From Phoronis australis (taxonomy: Eukaryota > Animalia > Phoronida): a stretch of DNA of 64,000 nt. The position numbers and the translations under genes were made by a program. The notes beneath the pieces are model-generated. The model saw only the letters and a program-made list of their open reading frames with translations. It had not been told where the DNA came from and did no database searches. The DNA is taken from positions 434,001-498,000 of the forward strand of contig NMRA01000237.1 in assembly GCA_002633005.1 (NCBI GenBank), written 5' to 3'. This document shows, piece after piece, positions 60,801 through 64,000 of the stretch (position 1 is its first letter; every line of letters starts with the position of its first letter).

Positions 60801-63774
60801 CACAAACACTGTATTAATTTCACTACTAAAACTTGCATTTGATACAATTCCAGGTGCACCCGCTGTGAAGGAACCCAAGGAACCATCGGCCCCACAGTTC
60901 ACTAAGACCATCAGTGATGTTGTGGTGCAAGAAGGCAGCCATGCCACACTAGAGTGTGTTGTCCAAGGTGAACCGGAGCCTGAGATCACCTGGTTGCTAG
61001 ACGACCATGTTCTCAAACCAGCCAAGGACTTCAGCATGAAGTTTGATGGTGAGACGTGCACTCTTGTCATAAAGGAAGCGTACCCGGAGGATTCTGGAAC
61101 GTATACATGCCGGGCGACCAACAAGCTCGGGGAGGTTGAATGTAGCTGTAAGCTGATGGTGGAGGAACTGCCAGCCACTCCCATTGGAGCCGCCCCACAA
61201 CTGGTGGCGGAATTGACGGATGTTGATGCCAAGGCTGGTAACGATGCCAGGTTTGAGTGTGTTGTGACTGGTGATCCAAGACCTGAAGTGATCTGGTATC
61301 ACAACAAGAAACCTCTGCAGGTTTGTGAAGTCATGNGAGGTTGTGGTCAGAGGTGAGTTAATCTGCACTTTTGAGATGTAATGACTTAAAAGTACTTAAA
61401 AGTTCTTTTGAAATTGTAAAATATTGATAAACAGTCATTTTTTTCTGTTATGTAAAGTAAATGTCACAGTAAAATTATAATACCACTGTGGCTGTATTGT
61501 GAGTTTCAGTAATTAGTTGTGTTATTAGTGTTAATTAGTTAATTGATAATCATTGTAATTAGCTGATATCATGTGCCAATATTTCTTGTCATTCTTGAGG
61601 TTGTAACTACTGTAATTTTACATGTGCCAAGTGATATTCTATTTTTTTTCAAAATTATCCACAAAAAGAAAAAATTTTAGTCAATTACGACATTCGGTAA
61701 GGTTTTGATTATTTGTAGAAAGGTAGTCTGCTCAGCCTTTGAAAAATATAAAACTACAATTTTGGCAATTGGTTTAAATTTGTACGAAATAAGTGAGTAC
61801 TTGAAATGAAAACAGTTATTATGCACTAAAAAATTTTTTCCATATTTCGGGTTTAGCTCCTTGCAACATTGGTAAATCCATTTATTTTGTTCGTCTGTGA
61901 AAACTTGCAGCGCCATCTTCAGAGCCAGAACCAAGCTCTCCAAACTTTGTCAAACGACTGGCAAGTGTTGATGTCATTGAAAACCAAGAGGTACGGTTCG
62001 ACTGCCGAGTTACGGGATATCCTGAACCAGATATCACTTGGTAAGTTGTCATAAAGCCTAGTTACCTTATTGAATGAACTGGGCAAGAAATTCTCTCAGA
62101 TTAAAGTGGTATGTTTTTCTCTGCATGCTTGAGAGGGATTCTCTATTTATATTTGGCAGCAAAATGTAAATTGCGTAATTGTTATAGTCTCATTCTGTAT
62201 TTGGAATCCTAATATATCTTTTCTTAATAACTCCTGTAATTTCTGTGAATTTTATATGCTTTAGAAAATTTGTCCATCAAAAAACTTTTGACTTTTTGGT
62301 ATCGTTAATTATATTAATGAATGCTTTTGCGGGAGAAGAGAACTTTCCTTAAACCAAAAAGTTTCACCAGTTAATTAACTGCTTTCTCCCAATCGACCAA
62401 CACAGGTACAAGGATGGACTGGAAATAAAAGCAGACGATCACTATCAGTTCCTGTTCCTGGACGATGAGTCATACTCTCTTGTCATCCAAAATGTCTCGT
62501 TCAGTGATGCTGGACTGTATACGTGCAAGGCAGCCAATAAAATGGGAGAAACCACCACGAATGCATCACTTGTTGTCAAGAGTAAGTCTTTGTTGTGTTG
62601 TAAGAGGTTGATATCAGATTTTGTCATCCACGTCCTTCATGCCAGAATAGTTGCCTTATCAGTCAGCAGATAGTACATCAACTGTCAGGTAAGCTACTCA
62701 GAAAGACCTTACATGAAAGCTTCGTATCAGCCATCTTCCGAGTTAAAACACTTGCTGCACTTCTGTGAGAGAAACTTTTATTATTTAAATCATGTGAAAA
62801 CGTACATTGTTTTATGACTGGGTAGCCAGAAAAGGCACGGGCCGCTAATAGCTGACCACTGAGTAACAATTAATTGAATAGATATTAACAGTTAAGAAGA
62901 ACAATATAGATAACAACAGAAAAAAGTATGGTACATCTACAATGAAATGAGATACAATGCAAGTTTATTTAAAAAGGTAAATTAAATGTACTTTGCATAA
63001 ATGGTAATATTCAACAGAGTAATTAGAATTCTTGCCTGTGCAAACAAAAACAAACCACAAATTACTTCATAGAAATGGCTAAGCCTTCTCTTAGCAAAAG
63101 AGCACGTTTGCTGCTGGATTTGAGGGTTGATCATCAGTGAGAGGATCTACGATCATTTGTATAGTACTCCAAGAATAATCGGACTTTTGACGTGTGGTGT
63201 ACATTTTTTCACGTAGGAGATATGACAGCAGATTTGCTGTCTGATGAGAAACCACACAAACACTGTATTAATTTCACTACTAAAACTTGCATTTGATACA
63301 ATTCCAGGTGCACCCGCTGTGAAGGAACCCAAGGAACCATCGGCCCCACAGTTCACCAAGACCATCAGTGATGTTGTGGTGCAAGAAGGCAGCCATGCCA
63401 CACTAGAGTGTGTTGTCCAAGGTGAACCGGAGCCTGAGATCACCTGGTTGCTAGACGACCATGTTCTCAAACCAGCCAAGGACTTCAGCATGAAGTTTGA
63501 TGGTGAGACGTGCACTCTTGTCATAAAGGAAGCGTACCCGGAGGATTCTGGAACGTATACATGCCGGGCGACCAACAAGCTCGGGGAGGTTGAATGTAGC
63601 TGTAAGCTGATGGTGGAGGAACTGCCAGTCACTCCCATTGGAGCCGCGCCGCAACTGGTGGCGGAATTGACGGATGTTGATGCCAAGGCTGGTAACGATG
63701 CCAGGTTTGAGTGTGTTGTGACTGGCGATCCAAGACCTGAAGTGATCTGGTATCACAACAAGAAACCTCTGCAG
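29042..63774 (+). CDS. OBSCN: Obscurin/UNC-89-like giant muscle protein, multi-exon, 3'-incomplete: Ig-acidic-Ig-Ig-SH3-SH3-DH-PH-Ig array
   Basis: Frame-compatible exon chain. The second SH3 (VADYSPPPTDTQGIKLTEGQFVEVLDSSNPHMWLVRTKPSKLNPSKEGFVPASYL) has the obscurin-type EGQxVEVLD and WLVRTKP signature. SH3-DH-PH followed by Ig repeats is the UNC-89 architecture. The start exon is less certain. Confidence 0.88.
34084..34215 (+). CDS. Obscurin-like exon, Lys-rich then acidic segment
   Basis: atccag|GT...TGCAG|gtaaga; GKRKKPKDKSKKPSEKLDDDLGTTEVEEAKLPPDGAAVGDGKVA; 132 nt, phase 1-1, open. Confidence 0.7.
36816..36850. repeat. (CT)n microsatellite upstream of the 36899 acceptor
   Basis: Direct reading, one interruption. 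Confidence 0.95.
36899..37183 (+). CDS. OBSCN: Obscurin-like exon, complete Ig I-set domain
   Basis: tgccag|TC...AAAG|gttcgt; PEFTVKM...FECQVIGIPRPKISWFKNE...DEGRYICQAENSEG; 285 nt, phase 1-1. Confidence 0.9.
45222..45878 (+). CDS. OBSCN: Obscurin-like exon, Glu/Asp-rich spacer plus start of Ig
   Basis: ttttag|CT...GCTG|gtatgt; 657 nt open, ends APQIAEKPGNVSVKEGEDFTLNVKIAG; phase 1-1. Confidence 0.9.
46188..46389 (+). CDS. OBSCN: Obscurin-like exon, Ig second part
   Basis: ctcag|GT...ACCAC|gtgagt; GTPTPEVLWFRGG...DAGEYAVTAVNAEG; phase 1 to 2. Confidence 0.92.
46636..46862 (+). mobile_element. Representative copy of a second dispersed repeat family (DNA-transposon relic)
   Basis: Blocks GTTA(C/T)AGTTTTCT, TTTTATGCAACTTT, ATCTGAA..TTCAT, GATAT.ATGTT recur colinearly at about 22060-22315 and 48100-48360. 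Confidence 0.65.
46982..47079 (+). CDS. OBSCN: Obscurin-like exon, Ig first part
   Basis: acacag|C...AAAG|gtgagc; VKQEDTPPEFLDKPESISVVEQESAKFTCTVKG; phase 2 to 1. Confidence 0.9.
47099..47345 (+). mobile_element. Representative copy of an old ~250-bp dispersed repeat family with TAC(C/T)GTAA-like termini
   Basis: Shared blocks CAAGTGAA..TTTTGTTAAATTT..CACAAAA and AAAGGTAGTC..CC.TTGAAAAAT; other copies near 1563-1790(-), 2200-2418(-), 9640-9790(-), 11425-11600, 21520-21710(-), 25577-25818, 50900-51110, 58958-59145. Confidence 0.65.
47627..47824 (+). CDS. OBSCN: Obscurin-like exon, Ig second part
   Basis: actcag|GT...GAGG|gtaaca; GVPTPTVSWFRDG...DAGDFTCTVNNSAG; phase 1-1. Confidence 0.92.
48842..48930 (+). 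CDS. OBSCN: Obscurin-like exon, acidic linker
   Basis: ttgtag|CA...GAG|gtaatg; LTEAESEETADITVIEVVPEVVETVDVSE; phase 1 to 0, needed to link flanking phases. Confidence 0.82.
49487..49633 (+). CDS. OBSCN: Obscurin-like exon, first SH3 domain (N-part)
   Basis: tcttag|GAC...CAG|gtgggt; EYSVKEDYVDLSKNLEFKKGDIVEVLDTDKKDSWLVRKKKNRRQ; phase 0-0. Confidence 0.88.
49977..50085 (+). CDS. OBSCN: Obscurin-like exon, first SH3 (C-part) plus linker
   Basis: tttcag|GTG...GATG|gtaatt; VGYIPRRVLEPIPEEPEED; phase 0 to 1. Confidence 0.88.
50340..50535. repeat. 42-bp minisatellite, about 4.5 copies
   Basis: CAATCACAATGGGTAAT recurs at 50348, 50394, 50436, 50478 and degenerate at 50520. Confidence 0.9.
50589..50779 (+). 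CDS. OBSCN: Obscurin-like exon, Ser/Pro/basic linker between the SH3 domains
   Basis: gtgtag|CT...; VTPVVEVPVFKETSPLSPTSAEGRRKKSRSPSKRLSS; phase 1 to 0; donor either CAG|gtatta (50779) or GAG|gcaagt (50752). Confidence 0.82.
51476..51619 (+). CDS. OBSCN: Obscurin-like exon, second SH3 (N-part)
   Basis: ttacag|GGT...AAG|gtaagt; GYPKYVAVADYSPPPTDTQGIKLTEGQFVEVLDSSNPHMWLVRTKPSK; phase 0-0. Confidence 0.93.
52105..52256 (+). CDS. OBSCN: Obscurin-like exon, second SH3 (C-part) plus linker to DH
   Basis: ttccag|CTC...AGGAG|gtaaga; LNPSKEGFVPASYLEKK...QEALVKRR; phase 0 to 2. Confidence 0.92.
53088..53258 (+). CDS. OBSCN: Obscurin-like exon, DH domain CR1/CR2
   Basis: taacag|A...AATGA|gtaagt; YTVKELLETEQAYINDLKHVLDNY...LIFGNLAEILQFHN; phase 2-2. 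Confidence 0.94.
54819..54888 (+). CDS. OBSCN: Obscurin-like exon, DH domain
   Basis: tttcag|T...TGG|gtaagc; SFLADVLECASQPGSVGQTFIKW; phase 2 to 0. Confidence 0.9.
55462..55650 (+). CDS. OBSCN: Obscurin-like exon, DH domain CR3, ends at a GC donor
   Basis: ttacag|CGT...TTGAAG|gcaagt; RDQFLQYIPYLCNR...LLDKPKAHLQKYQSLLK; phase 0-0. Confidence 0.88.
56089..56256 (+). CDS. OBSCN: Obscurin-like exon, DH end and PH start
   Basis: ttgcag|GAC...CAT|gtacgt; DMIRYTTRADQDCSQLQAAADMMADILKQADDQYLLGAIEG...GDLIRH; phase 0-0. Confidence 0.9.
57114..57257 (+). CDS. OBSCN: Obscurin-like exon, PH domain
   Basis: tgacag|GGA...AAT|gtaagt; GKLNIWEND...KERHAFLFKDKLLLAKPKK...FTFKALIN; phase 0-0. Confidence 0.92.
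58016..58703 (+). CDS. OBSCN: Obscurin-like exon, PH end, linker and one Ig domain
   Basis: tttcag|CTG...AGAG|gtgagt; LLFQAEDIYQKQAWVRDIRD (PH C-terminal helix)...PTFISPV...EDSGVYTARAMN; phase 0 to 1. Confidence 0.94.
59258..59387 (+). CDS. OBSCN: Obscurin-like exon, Ig first half
   Basis: ttgcag|CA...ACTTG|gtaagt; SPNFVKRLASVDVIENQEVRFDCRVTGYPEPDITW; phase 1 to 2. Confidence 0.92.
59742..59917 (+). CDS. OBSCN: Obscurin-like exon, Ig second half
   Basis: acacag|G...AAGA|gtaagt; YKDGLEIKADDHFQFLFLDDESYSLVIQNVSFSDAGLYTCKAANKMG; phase 2 to 1. Confidence 0.92.
60512..60729. mobile_element. Small MITE-like element present in full only in the first duplicated copy
   Basis: TAATCGGACAAAA at 60512-60524 and TTTTGTCTGATTA at 60717-60729 (13-bp inverted repeat, one mismatch). 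Confidence 0.5.
60854..61320 (+). CDS. OBSCN: Obscurin-like exon, one and a half Ig domains
   Basis: ttccag|GT...CTGCAG|gtttgt; APQFTKTISD...EDSGTYTCRATNKLG...VIWYHNKKPLQ; phase 1 to 0. Confidence 0.92.
61911..62040 (+). CDS. Second copy of exon 59258-59387 (probable alternative haplotype)
   Basis: Same length and splice sites; only synonymous changes seen. Confidence 0.6.
62406..62581 (+). CDS. Second copy of exon 59742-59917 (probable alternative haplotype)
   Basis: Same length and splice sites; DDHFQ becomes DDHYQ. Confidence 0.6.
63308..63774 (+). CDS. Second copy of exon 60854-61320 (probable alternative haplotype)
   Basis: Same length and splice sites; LPATP becomes LPVTP. Confidence 0.6.
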
Positions 63775-64000
63775 GTTTGTGAAGTCATGTCTTGGGTATA
63801 CAGCTGAACAGTTTGGTTAATACGAATTAAATGTGGTTGTTTTTTCTTACTACTCGTCTAATTTTTGTCTATCAGTGTACGTTATTTGGTATCAGTAGCA
63901 AGAATGTGTTATTTTGTTGAAAGTCATGTTGCTTTTGGTACTGCCAATGAGGGTGTGAAGTATCCTAGCACTAGTTTCTGTAGTTGATTAGGTGGATGGG

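Larger units (their letters stand above)
58688..63789. repeat. Near-identical tandem duplication 58688-61335 / 61337-63789 joined by a single N; probable assembly overlap of two haplotypes
   Basis: Sequence after the N at 61336 restarts at the sequence of 58688; copies differ by scattered SNPs and a few indels. Confidence 0.9.

Noticed and set aside
60612-63686. Long minus-strand ORFs (206 aa, 177 aa) and similar ones at 45400-45930, 22372-22815, 57902-58381
   Set aside because: Antisense shadows of + strand exons with no recognisable domains.
61337-63789. Real tandem duplication or mutually exclusive Ig exons
   Set aside because: Single-N junction, start inside an exon, introns as similar as exons, and incompatible splice phase point to an assembly overlap.

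Overview
AT-rich, intron-rich animal DNA (most consistent with an invertebrate bilaterian; inferred from gene content). Two muscle genes lie in tandem on the + strand, both reconstructed by hand from splice sites with every junction checked for frame. (1) 2501-23044 is the 3' part of a myosin light chain kinase (MYLK-type) gene: partial Ig, Ig, Ig, FN3, intact CAMK-group kinase, RRKWQ|KTGNAIRALGRM calmodulin-binding helix and a telokin-like C-terminal Ig. Its 5' exons are probably upstream of the window. (2) About 29042 to the window end is the 5' part of an obscurin/UNC-89-like gene: candidate Cys/polybasic N-terminus, Ig, acidic spacer, Ig, Ig, SH3, SH3, DH (RhoGEF), PH, then an Ig array. 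Most interesting signals: a 21-nt candidate micro-exon (DDEKPFR) inside the calmodulin-binding helix that rebuilds the 1-8-14 motif with Phe in place of Trp; a candidate palmitoyl/polybasic N-terminus and two tandem phospho-FFAT-like motifs in the obscurin-like protein; and a 294-bp insertion in which a tRNA cloverleaf with Pol III terminator sits between ~70-bp inverted repeats and a 13-bp target-site duplication. Two near-identical tandem duplications joined by single N bases (18220, 61336) look like haplotype overlaps in the assembly. Introns carry several MITE/SINE families. No expression data or database searches were available, so alternative exons and motif functions are hypotheses.
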